Shown: positions 1 through 8,096 of the stretch, one piece after another
Position numbering within the stretch: the first letter of the stretch is position 1
How the letters are laid out: the number at the start of each line of letters is the position of its first letter
Source: an uncultured Gammaproteobacteria bacterium
Lineage (GTDB): Bacteria > Patescibacteriota > Patescibacteriia > Magasanikbacterales > GWA2-37-8
Direction of reading: 5' to 3'
Assembly: GCA_964533715.1 (NCBI GenBank)
Contig: CAZHNI010000004.1
Coordinates: 13,741 to 77,740 of the forward strand
DNA: 64,000 nt
Program-made: the position numbers and the translations under genes
The notes under the pieces: model-generated
Databases searched by the model: none
The model's input: the letters and a program-made list of their open reading frames with translations, nothing else
Told to the model about the DNA's origin: nothing

Positions 1-1
1 C

Positions 2-30
2 TTGACAACATAAATGAGCATTGGTATATT
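2..30 (+). promoter_or_regulatory. sigma70-like promoter (TTGACA 2-7, 17-nt spacer, TATATT 25-30)
   Basis: Near-consensus -35 and -10 hexamers with 17-nt spacing directly upstream of hrcA. The -10 overlaps the CIRCE left arm. Confidence 0.5.
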
Positions 31-55
31 ATCACTCAGAATGATAGAGTGATAA
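29..55 (+). promoter_or_regulatory. CIRCE-like HrcA operator variant TTATCACTC-N9-GAGTGATAA
   Basis: Perfect 9-bp inverted repeat with a 9-nt spacer. It differs from canonical CIRCE (TTAGCACTC-N9-GAGTGCTAA) at one position per arm and sits between the promoter and the hrcA start. Confidence 0.6.
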
Positions 56-75
56 ATTTAAAAATATCACAGCGT

Positions 76-762
76 ATGGAATCGCGCCAGGCACAATTAC
101 TTAATTTAGTTATAGAAAAATACGGAGCCACGGCCGAGCCGGTAGGGTCGCGTTTTTTGGTGGATTCGGAAGAGCTAGATTATAGTGAAGCAACCGTGCG
201 CAACGAACTGCGCGAACTTGAAGAACAAGGTTATTTAACTCATCCGCACACCTCAGCTGGGCGTATCCCGACTCTTAAGGGGTACCAACATTATTTAAAA
301 ACTATTAATTTTTCTGAACTTAAATTACCGGAATCTGAAGCTAAGATTCTTGAAAAATCGTTTAGTGTTGATGATGAATATGAACAAGCGCATAAAAATA
401 TTGCCAAAACGCTAGTTGATTTGTCCAATGAGACCGTAATAGTGGCTTTTTCTTCGGATTTTGTGTATTATACGGGCCTAGCGCGCTTATTTCAGAAGCC
501 TGATTTTATAGATAGAGAACTAATAGCTAATGTGTCAGAAGTGTTTGATAGATGTGAAGAAGTAATTCCTCGTTTTTTTGATGAAGTTTCGCGTGAACCT
601 AAGTTTTTTTTAGGGTCCGAACATCCATTTGGTGAGATGCTCTCTGTGATTTCTATGCGTTTTGGCAAGAACGGCGGATCCTTAATTGCGCTTCTTGGCC
701 CACAACGGATGGATTACAAACATAACTACGAATTGATGAGTAAGGCACGTGAGTTGATTTAA
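76..762 (+). CDS. hrcA: heat-inducible transcription repressor HrcA (short form)
   Basis: The N-terminal winged-helix region (QLLNLVIEKY...EPVGSRFL...SEATVRNELRELEEQGYL...SAGRIPTLKGYQHY) matches HrcA. The ATG at 76 is preferred over the GTG at 49 in the ORF track, which lies inside the CIRCE element. Confidence 0.8.
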   Translation: MESRQAQLLNLVIEKYGATAEPVGSRFLVDSEELDYSEATVRNELRELEEQGYLTHPHTSAGRIPTLKGYQHYLKTINFSELKLPESEAKILEKSFSVDDEYEQAHKNIAKTLVDLSNETVIVAFSSDFVYYTGLARLFQKPDFIDRELIANVSEVFDRCEEVIPRFFDEVSREPKFFLGSEHPFGEMLSVISMRFGKNGGSLIALLGPQRMDYKHNYELMSKARELI

Positions 763-767
763 TAAAA

Positions 768-834
768 TACACGATACATGGAAAACGATACACAACGAAA
801 ATGTATCGTAATATATGTATCGCGAATCGTGTAA
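768..834 (+). promoter_or_regulatory. nested inverted repeats between hrcA and grpE (TACACGATACAT ... ATGTATCGT ... ATCGTGTA)
   Basis: Outer arms are TACACGAT (768-775) and ATCGTGTA (827-834). Inner arms are ACGATACAT and ATGTATCGT. This could be a terminator/attenuator or an operator; its function is unknown. Confidence 0.3.
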
Positions 835-840
835 ATTGTT

Positions 841-1710
841 ATGCCAAGTGAAGATAAAAAATATCCCAAAGTTACCACCGGCACCGTTATTATCAACCGT
901 TTAGGTAAAGTTTTTTTAATGCGCAGTGAAACTCGTTTTCAAAAACAGTATCACATTCCTGGCGGTCATGTAGAGTGGGGCGAAACATTAGAGGATTGTC
1001 TTAAACGCGAAGTAAAAGAAGAGACCGGCCTAACAGTATATGCTCCGGAATTTATTCGCCCTGTTGAATTTGTTTTCTCGCCCTATTACGACGAGAATCG
1101 TCATATTATCCCTCTAGATTTTGCTGTAAGAACGGATGATGAAGAAACGGCTGTGCAATTGGATGACCGTGAGGGTGTGGCATATGCTTGGTTTACGGAA
1201 GACGAAATTAATAGCAGCAAAGAAATAGAAGCCACCACCAAAGAAACAATTTTAATGTACTTTGAGAGCAAGAAAAAAGATTCGCAATGCGCCGAATATA
1301 AAAGTGGCTGGCAACGGGCCGTGGCTGATTATCAAAATTTACAAAAGGAAGTCCGCGAACGTCGGCAAGAAATGGCACAAATGAGTGAACAGCAGATTTT
1401 GGAAGAGTTTATTCCGGTGTATGATAATTTGAAATTAGCAATTAACAACGAACAATTAACAAATAATAAAGATCCATGGCTCCAAGGTGTCAGGTATGTA
1501 GCCAAGCAATTTAGTGGCATATTAAAGGCGCATAACATTGAAGAGATAAAAACAGTTGGAGAAAAGTTGGATACTAAATTTCACGAAACAGTTGGTGAAG
1601 AAGAAAGCGACACTGAATCAGGAATAATTCTTAAGGAAGTTGACGGCGGGTATATAATGGGTGGGCGAGTTATAAAAGTTGCGAAAGTTATAATTTCTAA
1701 ACGTATTTAA
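841..1710 (+). CDS. grpE: NUDIX hydrolase domain fused to nucleotide exchange factor GrpE
   Basis: The N-terminal ~140 aa carry a Nudix box (GGHVEWGETLEDCLKREVKEETGL). The C-terminal ~135 aa are GrpE-like, with a long helix (QILEEFIPVYDNLKLAI) and a beta-domain tail (GYIMGGRVIKVAKVIISK). It is a single uninterrupted ORF. Confidence 0.7.
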   Translation: MPSEDKKYPKVTTGTVIINRLGKVFLMRSETRFQKQYHIPGGHVEWGETLEDCLKREVKEETGLTVYAPEFIRPVEFVFSPYYDENRHIIPLDFAVRTDDEETAVQLDDREGVAYAWFTEDEINSSKEIEATTKETILMYFESKKKDSQCAEYKSGWQRAVADYQNLQKEVRERRQEMAQMSEQQILEEFIPVYDNLKLAINNEQLTNNKDPWLQGVRYVAKQFSGILKAHNIEEIKTVGEKLDTKFHETVGEEESDTESGIILKEVDGGYIMGGRVIKVAKVIISKRI

Positions 1711-1716
1711 TTATTT

Positions 1717-2067
1717 ATGTCAGCAATGCGTGATAGGGCGCCCAGTGTGGCAGATCGCAAAAATATCTTAATAGATGAAATGAGAAAAGAAAATGTTGGG
1801 AAAATAGCCACGTACGATCCGTATATACAACAGGGGGCGAGTGTTGTCATTTTAGATGAAAATTTTTTAGGTTTTTTTGAATTAAGTTTTAGCGGTCGGT
1901 GCGAAGTAGGCAATTTTAGTTGGAGAGGAGGGGTTGCCGCTTGGGCCGATATTGTGTGTAATGGCAAGGTGATAGCTAAAAAAGTACCAATGACAAGCTT
2001 GCGCAAGTATTCTGAGTTTAAAAGTAAATTTATTGAAAAAGGCGGCGATTTATTGACTATAAATTAA
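1717..2067 (+). CDS. hypothetical protein
   Basis: ORF co-oriented with the chaperone genes, with no recognisable motif. The alternative antisense ORF 1707..2006 on the minus strand is considered less likely. Confidence 0.3.
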   Translation: MSAMRDRAPSVADRKNILIDEMRKENVGKIATYDPYIQQGASVVILDENFLGFFELSFSGRCEVGNFSWRGGVAAWADIVCNGKVIAKKVPMTSLRKYSEFKSKFIEKGGDLLTIN

Positions 2068-2120
2068 TTATTTAAATGCTCTGGCCACTGTTCGGTGGTT
2101 GGCGCTAAAAGGAGAAACAT

Positions 2121-2570
2121 ATGTCTCTCATTCGTTGGTCCCCCATGTTTGATCCTTTTTCAGACATGGACGAAGTGTTCAATAGGTTACCGGCAATGTC
2201 CAGTATGCAACAAATGAAATCGTTTGTGCCGGCAATTAATATGTATGAAACAGATGCGGCTGTGATGGTAGAAATTGCACTCGCCGGGGTAAAACCAGAA
2301 GATGTTGATATTAGTGTACAAAAAGGCGTTCTGGTTCTTAAAGGCCAAAGCAAAAAAGAACATGAAGTAGAGGAGAAGAATTTTTATCGTAAAGAAGTTC
2401 GGAGCGGATCATTTTATCGCGAAATTGCGCTCCCCACGCATGTACAGGAAGATAAAGTGACAGCCGAGTTTGAGGATGGCATGCTAAAAATTACTTGTCC
2501 CAAGGCCGAACCGGTTCAGGCAAAGAAGGTAAGTGTTAAGGTGGTAAAGAAAGAGAACGGGAAGAAGTAA
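2121..2570 (+). CDS. Hsp20/alpha-crystallin family small heat shock protein
   Basis: The alpha-crystallin domain pattern is present (AINMYETDAAVMVEIALAGVKPEDVDISV...FYREIALP...DGMLKITCPKAE). A GGAG ribosome-binding site lies upstream of the ATG. Confidence 0.85.
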   Translation: MSLIRWSPMFDPFSDMDEVFNRLPAMSSMQQMKSFVPAINMYETDAAVMVEIALAGVKPEDVDISVQKGVLVLKGQSKKEHEVEEKNFYRKEVRSGSFYREIALPTHVQEDKVTAEFEDGMLKITCPKAEPVQAKKVSVKVVKKENGKK

Positions 2571-2581
2571 ACACACATTTT

Positions 2582-2714
2582 TGTCATCCCGAGCGAGCGA
2601 AGCGACGAGCCTGCCTCCTGCATGCGCAGGCATGGCGCAGGCAGGGGATCTCTGTCCGTTTCGTCAACTAAACAATTGAGACAGAGATTCCTCCTTCGTC
2701 GTCGGAATGACAGT
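2582..2714. repeat. palindromic mini-element, long form (copy 1)
   Basis: It has TGTCATCCCGAGCG...CGTCGGAATGACAGT terminal inverted arms. The inner hairpin is GGATCTCTGTCCGTT...GAGACAGAGATTCC. The GC-rich core is the palindrome GCCTGCCTCCTGCATGCGCAGGCATGGCGCAGGCAGG. Confidence 0.85.
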
Positions 2715-2768
2715 TAATTTGTTCGCTCCATCCGGAGGTGACATGACGGATAGAGGTCTATAATTTTT

Positions 2769-3434
2769 ATGCCTAACTCAAAGTTTTATCAGTTTATATC
2801 CGCGTTGTTTGTCACCTGTTTAATTATTTCAAATATTATCGCCGTTAAAATTGGTGCGTTTGGCAGTTATTTTTTGCCAGTCGCCGTCATTTTATTCCCC
2901 ATTACATACATCATTGGTGATGTTTTAACAGAAGTCTATGGTTATGCCGCCGCCCGCCACGCCATTTGGATGGGGTTTTTCTGTAACTTGGTGGCAGTTG
3001 TTGCTATTTATATTGGTATCAAAATCACACCCGCGCCGTTTTTTCAAAATCAAGCGGCGTTTGAGCAAATCCTTGGTTTCACTCCACGCCTCCTTGTTGC
3101 CTCGTTTATTGCGTATTTGGTAGGGCAGTTTGTAAATTCTATGGTGCTGGCCAAAATGAAAATAGCCACGAATGGCAAACATTTGTGGATGCGCACGATT
3201 GGTTCCACCATTGTCGGCGAAGGTTTGGATTCCGCTCTTTTTATCTCAATCGCGTTTTGGGGCATAATGCCGCCATCGGTTATTGGTACCCTGATTGTAA
3301 CACAATGGATTTTCAAGACACTGTTTGAAACGGTTGCAACGCCGATAACGTACCTGGTAGTGGGCTATTTGAAGAAAAACGAGAAAATCGATGTGTATGA
3401 TAAGGACACTAATTTTAGTCCAGTCAAAATGTAA
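2769..3434 (+). CDS. queuosine precursor transporter, YhhQ/COG1738 family
   Basis: Polytopic membrane protein with the YhhQ-like motif PITYIIGDVLTEVYGY. It is adjacent to queF. Confidence 0.65.
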   Translation: MPNSKFYQFISALFVTCLIISNIIAVKIGAFGSYFLPVAVILFPITYIIGDVLTEVYGYAAARHAIWMGFFCNLVAVVAIYIGIKITPAPFFQNQAAFEQILGFTPRLLVASFIAYLVGQFVNSMVLAKMKIATNGKHLWMRTIGSTIVGEGLDSALFISIAFWGIMPPSVIGTLIVTQWIFKTLFETVATPITYLVVGYLKKNEKIDVYDKDTNFSPVKM

Positions 3435-3440
3435 TTTAGG

Positions 3441-3834
3441 CTGTCATTTCGAACGAATGTGAGAAATCTCTGTCCGTTATGTCACGCAATCACAATTACT
3501 ATGTTTATTTAATGGCAAGTGTGGCTTATGTGATATATATTGGAGTAACAAATGATCTAGTTCGGAGAGTCGAGGAACATAAGAACAAAATATCAGAAGG
3601 TTTTACTAAAAAATATAATTGTAATAAATTAGTTTACTACGAACATTTCGGCCATATTAATGACGCAATCTATCGAGAAACTGAAATAAAAAAATGGAGA
3701 CGAGAAAAGAAAGTTAAATTAATTGAGAGCGAGAATCCACGATGGAACGACCTGTATGACACCATTACGGACAGAGATTCCCCTAAGAGGGATCGCGAGA
3801 CCCCGTCGGCGCGAGCCTCGCTCGGAATGACAGT
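3441..3834. mobile_element. palindromic mini-element copy whose hairpin loop carries a GIY-YIG nuclease gene
   Basis: The left arm CTGTCATTTCGAACGAATGTGAGAAATCTCTGTCCGTT (3441-3478) is identical over 28 nt to the left arm of the copy at 63492. The right arm ACGGACAGAGATTCC...GCCTCGCTCGGAATGACAGT (3767-3834) matches the same copy's right arm. The GIY-YIG ORF sits exactly between the inner inverted repeats GAGAAATCTCTGTCCGTT and AACGGACAGAGATTCC. Confidence 0.75.
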
Positions 3835-3841
3835 AAAATAA
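3479..3841 (+). CDS. GIY-YIG nuclease family protein (UPF0213/YhbQ-like)
   Basis: The pattern YYVYLMAS...YIGVTNDLVRRVEEHK...KLVYYE matches GIY-YIG/YhbQ-type small nucleases. The C-terminal ~25 aa are encoded by the repeat right arm. Confidence 0.8.
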   Translation: MSRNHNYYVYLMASVAYVIYIGVTNDLVRRVEEHKNKISEGFTKKYNCNKLVYYEHFGHINDAIYRETEIKKWRREKKVKLIESENPRWNDLYDTITDRDSPKRDRETPSARASLGMTVK

Positions 3842-3842
3842 T

Positions 3843-4241
3843 ATGCCTACAAGTAAGAATGATTTAGCAAAACTCACCAAACTTGGTAAGGAAGCAAAAG
3901 CCTCTCGCACGCTGGAAGTGTTCCCAAATCATGCCCCTAAAGGTACCATTGAAGTTACTCTCCACTGCACCGAGTTCACCTGTCGTTGTCCCCTAACGAA
4001 CCAGCCAGATTACGCCGAAATACAAATTACCTACGTGCCGGATAAATTTGTGGTGGAATCAAAATCGTTCAAGTTGTATTTAGAAACGTACCGCGATGAG
4101 GGTGTATTCCACGAACATTTAGCGGTGGATATTGGCAAAGATTTTGTGAAGTTTGTAAAACCAAAAAGTTGTGAAGTGTTAGTTATGTTTAATACACGCG
4201 GAGGCATTGCGATTGACGCGAAGTGGAGTTATAAAAAATAG
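3843..4241 (+). CDS. queF: NADPH-dependent 7-cyano-7-deazaguanine reductase QueF (type I)
   Basis: EFTCRCPLTNQPDYAEI matches the QueF active-site motif (E-F-T-x-x-C-P-x-T-x-Q-P-D), and ~130 aa is typical of the YkvM type. Confidence 0.85.
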   Translation: MPTSKNDLAKLTKLGKEAKASRTLEVFPNHAPKGTIEVTLHCTEFTCRCPLTNQPDYAEIQITYVPDKFVVESKSFKLYLETYRDEGVFHEHLAVDIGKDFVKFVKPKSCEVLVMFNTRGGIAIDAKWSYKK

Positions 4242-4377
4242 TTTGTATGTCTAAAAAGCCTGAACTTAGCGGATTTTTTGGGAGTTTTGTAAAAAAGGCC
4301 AAGGGCGTGATTTTGGCCACGGAAATCGCGCATATTTTAGATGAGGGGGGAGTGGGAGGAAAGAAATAAAGAAAAAT

Positions 4378-4986
4378 ATGTTGTATTTTGTAGTTGGTTT
4401 AACAATTGTTTTGGCTCTCGTGTATATACTGTTGGCTAGTTATTTTAATAAAAAGAAATTTAATAATGATGATTGGCCAAGAGATTTTTTGGAAGACAAA
4501 TTTCTTCGTTTATTTGAATTAGTTGTTTTTGGCCTGGTTGTTACTGTCGCTGGAATTCTTGTGGCAAGATATTGGCAGGCAAGGGACGATAATGATTTGA
4601 AGAAGAGCAAGGTGGATTTGGCTGATGAAATGAATATTTCATCTATATGTAATTTTTCTAAAAATACAATGACAACTAGTACTAAAACCGGAACATACAT
4701 CATAGGGTTACCAAGTGATTCTTTCGAAATATCCATTTATTTTAGTAATGCTGATTATTTATCCAAATTACCCACTTCTACGTATAAAGATTATATTGAA
4801 TGGATTAGGATGTTGCGTGGGGCAAACACCATAGTCGGCGGACTCCCGTTTGTACCCGAAGGAACTGTCTATAAGTATAATACATTTTTGAACGCGATGA
4901 ATGCCGTCGTGTCTAAAATTCCAAAAGAAATTAAGAGCCAAGAATTTTATAAAAAATTAATTAACGAAAAAGGACAATGTTTATAG
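4378..4986 (+). CDS. hypothetical membrane protein (two N-terminal TM helices)
   Basis: Hydrophobic N-terminus and an AT-rich gene with no recognised motif. Confidence 0.35.
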   Translation: MLYFVVGLTIVLALVYILLASYFNKKKFNNDDWPRDFLEDKFLRLFELVVFGLVVTVAGILVARYWQARDDNDLKKSKVDLADEMNISSICNFSKNTMTTSTKTGTYIIGLPSDSFEISIYFSNADYLSKLPTSTYKDYIEWIRMLRGANTIVGGLPFVPEGTVYKYNTFLNAMNAVVSKIPKEIKSQEFYKKLINEKGQCL

Positions 4987-5136
4987 AAAAATCGAACGAT
5001 ATTTCAATAATTATTTAATAGGATTAATAATCTAATTTAATATGAGCAAAGTTTTAGGAACCCGCCTTCGCTACGCTACGGCGAGGCAAGCCGATCTCGT
5101 ATAGCAATTTTATAATCTTTTAATCTTATTTACACT

Positions 5137-7059
5137 ATGTCAAAGGTATTAGGTATAGACTTGGGTACAACTAACAGCTGTGTCGCCATTATTGAAGGCG
5201 GACAGCCAAAAGTATTAGAAAATAAAGAAGGGGCGCGAACAACCCCCAGTATTGTTGCTATTTCTAAATCGGGAGAACGATTGGTGGGGCAATTGGCTAA
5301 GCGTCAGGCGGTTACAAACCCGGAAAATACCCTGTTTTCCATCAAACGTCTTATTGGCCGCAAATGGGAAGATGCCGAAGTCCAGCGCGACCTTAAACTC
5401 ATGCCCTATAAAATTGTTAAGAGCGGCGAAGGTGTTAAAGTAACCATGCAGGGCAAAGATTATTCTCCACAAGAAATTTCGGCCATGGTATTACAAAAAA
5501 TAAAAGCTGATGCCGAAGAACGTTTGGGCGAAAAAGTAACTGAAGCGGTGATTACCGTGCCGGCCTATTTTGATGACGCCCAGCGCCAAGCCACGAAAGA
5601 CGCCGGTGAAATTGCTGGCCTTAAAGTGCTGCGTATTATTAACGAACCAACTGCCGCCGCCTTGGCCTATGGTTTTGATAAGAAAAAAGATGAAAAAATC
5701 GTTGTCTACGATTTGGGTGGTGGCACTTTTGATGTGTCTATTCTGGAAGTTAGTGCTGATTCCGTGCAAGTACTTTCTACAAACGGCGATACACACCTTG
5801 GCGGTGATGATTTTGATCAAGTTATTATTCGTTGGATTATTGATGAATTTAAACGTAGTGAAGGAATTGACTTGAGCAAAGACAATTTGGCGCTCCAACG
5901 TATTAAAGAAGCAGCGGAAAAAGCCAAAATTGAACTTTCAACCGCGCAAGAAAGTGAAATTAATCAACCATTTATTACCTCTGATGCCAATGGTCCAAAA
6001 CACTTGGTAATGAAGTTAACTCGAGCAAAACTAGAAGAACTAGTTGGCGAGTTGGTAGAAAAAACACTTGGTCCGGTGCGTCAGGCATTGTCGGATGCTA
6101 AACTATCGTCTAGCGATCTAAACGAGGTAGTAATGGTTGGCGGTATGACGCGTATGCCGCTTGTACTTCAAACCGTAGAAAAATTCTTTAACAAAAAACC
6201 AAACATTAGTGTAAATCCCGATGAAGTGGTGGCCGTTGGCGCGGCAGTACAAGGCGGTGTGCTCCGTGGTGATGTTAAAGACGTTTTGCTTCTTGATGTT
6301 ATTCCGCTTTCGTTTGGTATTGAAACCATGGGCAGTGTGATGACTAAGCTTATTGAACGTAACACCACCATTCCAACCTCCAAAACCCAAGTATTCTCCA
6401 CCGCGGCCGACAACCAACCGGGCGTGGAAATTCACGTACTCCAAGGCGAGCGACCAATGGCCGCGGACAATAAAACACTGGGACGTTTTATGCTCGACGG
6501 TATTCCACCGGCTCCACGTGGTGTACCGCAAATTGAAGTCAGTTTTGATATTGATGCAAACGGAATTCTTCACGTAAAAGCTAAAGATAAAGCGACCAAC
6601 AAAGAACAATCCATCCGCATCGAATCATCGTCTGGCCTTTCTAAAGAAGAAATTGAGAAAATGAAAAAAGATGCCGAAGCTCATGCCGATGAAGATAAAA
6701 AGAAGCAAGAGCTTATTGAAGCGCGCAACATTGCCGATACGATGGTGTATACCACCGAAAAAATGATGAAGGAAATTGAAGATAAAAAGGTCGCGAGCGT
6801 TACCGATGATGAGAAAAAAGCAGTGACTGAAGCGCTCGCTAAAGTAAAAGAAATAAAAGATAAGGATGATGTGGAAGCTATTAAAAAAGCGGCTGAGGAG
6901 TTATCTAAAGCAGCGCAGGCTGTTGGCACTAAAATGTACCAACAAGAACAGCAAAATAAAGGACCTTCCTCCGCTCCAGGAGGAGCTTCGGACGGCAAGG
7001 CCTCCGGTGAAGATGGCAAAGGGCCAATTGAGGGTGAAGTAGTTGATGATAAGAAGTAA
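5137..7059 (+). CDS. dnaK: molecular chaperone DnaK (Hsp70)
   Basis: Hsp70 signatures are present ([34 protein letters not shown]) and the length is 640 aa. Confidence 0.97.
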   Translation: MSKVLGIDLGTTNSCVAIIEGGQPKVLENKEGARTTPSIVAISKSGERLVGQLAKRQAVTNPENTLFSIKRLIGRKWEDAEVQRDLKLMPYKIVKSGEGVKVTMQGKDYSPQEISAMVLQKIKADAEERLGEKVTEAVITVPAYFDDAQRQATKDAGEIAGLKVLRIINEPTAAALAYGFDKKKDEKIVVYDLGGGTFDVSILEVSADSVQVLSTNGDTHLGGDDFDQVIIRWIIDEFKRSEGIDLSKDNLALQRIKEAAEKAKIELSTAQESEINQPFITSDANGPKHLVMKLTRAKLEELVGELVEKTLGPVRQALSDAKLSSSDLNEVVMVGGMTRMPLVLQTVEKFFNKKPNISVNPDEVVAVGAAVQGGVLRGDVKDVLLLDVIPLSFGIETMGSVMTKLIERNTTIPTSKTQVFSTAADNQPGVEIHVLQGERPMAADNKTLGRFMLDGIPPAPRGVPQIEVSFDIDANGILHVKAKDKATNKEQSIRIESSSGLSKEEIEKMKKDAEAHADEDKKKQELIEARNIADTMVYTTEKMMKEIEDKKVASVTDDEKKAVTEALAKVKEIKDKDDVEAIKKAAEELSKAAQAVGTKMYQQEQQNKGPSSAPGGASDGKASGEDGKGPIEGEVVDDKK

Positions 7060-7084
7060 AAACGGTATAATTTTACCAAAGCGT

Positions 7085-7106
7085 GGGGCGAGAGTTTTCT
7101 CGCCCC
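7085..7106 (+). terminator. GC-rich hairpin after dnaK (GGGGCGAGA-GTTT-TCTCGCCCC) without a clear U-tract
   Basis: Perfect 9-bp stem 25 nt after the dnaK stop, with a weak or absent T-run. Confidence 0.35.
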
Positions 7107-7126
7107 AGCTATATTAAACAGAAAGT

Positions 7127-7639
7127 ATGTCCGAAGCAGGTATTGATTGGGGCAAAATTAAAGCTGATTGGAAGCAGCTGGATTTTAGCGAATCAAGAGT
7201 GGAACGCATAATTACCTGTGGACACAGTAATGGCGACACCGATCTTAAAGGAATTGTTTTGGAAAAAAGCACTATTCAGGACATCACTTCTTCATTAGAT
7301 TCTATCGAGTGTTGGTCATTATTTGTTGATTTTCAAAGAAAATTGGATGAAATATTTCAGTATAGAGAAAAAGATAAAGAAGCTATACCATGTATTACTG
7401 AAGCTTTGGAGCATGGACAAAAATTGACGGCATTAATACATGGTATTTTGGACAGAAAACCATCACCGCCAGCATCTGTTAAATCATTCCTTTCTTTTTT
7501 AGGTACAATAATTACTCCTATATATGGGGCTCTTCAATTAAATAGTTTGTTTGGAGGGGATGATTATAATTTTATGTGGTTGAAAAATCAACTAGCTGAT
7601 TTGAGAGGTAATCTTATCAAGAGAGGAATTGTATTTTAA
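7127..7639 (+). CDS. hypothetical protein
   Basis: ORF inserted between dnaK and dnaJ, with no recognisable domain. It overlaps the next ORF (ATGAATGA). Confidence 0.4.
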   Translation: MSEAGIDWGKIKADWKQLDFSESRVERIITCGHSNGDTDLKGIVLEKSTIQDITSSLDSIECWSLFVDFQRKLDEIFQYREKDKEAIPCITEALEHGQKLTALIHGILDRKPSPPASVKSFLSFLGTIITPIYGALQLNSLFGGDDYNFMWLKNQLADLRGNLIKRGIVF

Positions 7640-8078
7640 TTATTATATGAATGAAAGAGAAATAGGTAATCAGCTCCAGGCATTTAGAAGTGAAATTCAA
7701 TCTCACATTGAAAGACTCCGCGGCAAAGACGCAACGATTGTTTTAATTACTGATGTAAATGAACTCGATGAAGAAGATATGGAAAAATGGGATGTCCACA
7801 AAACAATTTTGCGTGGTATAAAGGATCTTGATATCGAAGCTGATCCAACGTATGTCCAGGAATATGTGGAACGACTTTTTATTTTGTCTAAAAGTTTATC
7901 TAAAAAAGTGAGTCAAGATCAAAAAAAATTAACCGCGGATTCCTCAAAATCTTGGTTTTTAAATTGGCTCAATAATCAAATTTGTTTCACTCATTTAGAA
8001 TCTGTTCATAAGAAACGTTCTACTGTCGTCAAGTTAAAAGAATTATTAAAAAATAAAATTGATGATTATCTTGTCTAG
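7629..8078 (+). CDS. hypothetical protein
   Basis: Translationally coupled to the previous ORF. It is AT-rich with no recognisable domain. Confidence 0.4.
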   Translation: MYFNYYMNEREIGNQLQAFRSEIQSHIERLRGKDATIVLITDVNELDEEDMEKWDVHKTILRGIKDLDIEADPTYVQEYVERLFILSKSLSKKVSQDQKKLTADSSKSWFLNWLNNQICFTHLESVHKKRSTVVKLKELLKNKIDDYLV

Positions 8079-8096
8079 TATTTCAGCTAATACCGT

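Noticed and set aside
49-75. GTG start at 49 for hrcA, as given in the ORF track
   Set aside because: It lies inside the right arm of the CIRCE operator. The ATG at 76 gives an N-terminus that aligns with HrcA.
1332-1538. Antisense and short overlapping ORFs in the six-frame track, including 1332..1538-, 2105..2353-, 5215..5472-, 5491..5898-, 6118..6609-, 8121..8495-, 16282..16644-, 35530..35955+ and 60447..60878+
   Set aside because: Each lies wholly inside, and antisense to or out of frame with, a gene that has strong family motifs (grpE, hsp20, dnaK, dnaJ, ctpA, murJ, VirD4-like). They have no independent support.
1707-2006. 99-aa minus-strand ORF with a signal-peptide-like N-terminus
   Set aside because: It overlaps the co-oriented plus-strand ORF 1717..2067 inside a plus-strand operon. 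Neither has motif support, and the minus-strand one was not listed.
2068-2120. RNA thermometer (ROSE/fourU) in the hsp20 leader
   Set aside because: Only a short CCAC/GTGG hairpin is present. There is no U-tract pairing with the GGAG Shine-Dalgarno sequence.
2715-2768. preQ1 riboswitch upstream of the YhhQ-type transporter or queF
   Set aside because: Only a 4-bp CTCC/GGAG hairpin is present. There is no P1 stem, loop or A-rich tail pattern of preQ1-I or preQ1-II.
5063-5087. Possible degenerate element fragment CGCCTTCGCTACGCTACGGCGAGGC upstream of dnaK
   Set aside because: It shares only the CGCTACGCT core with the minimal copy at 57694 and lacks the GTCATTCCGA/TCGGAATGAC arms, so it is too weak to call.
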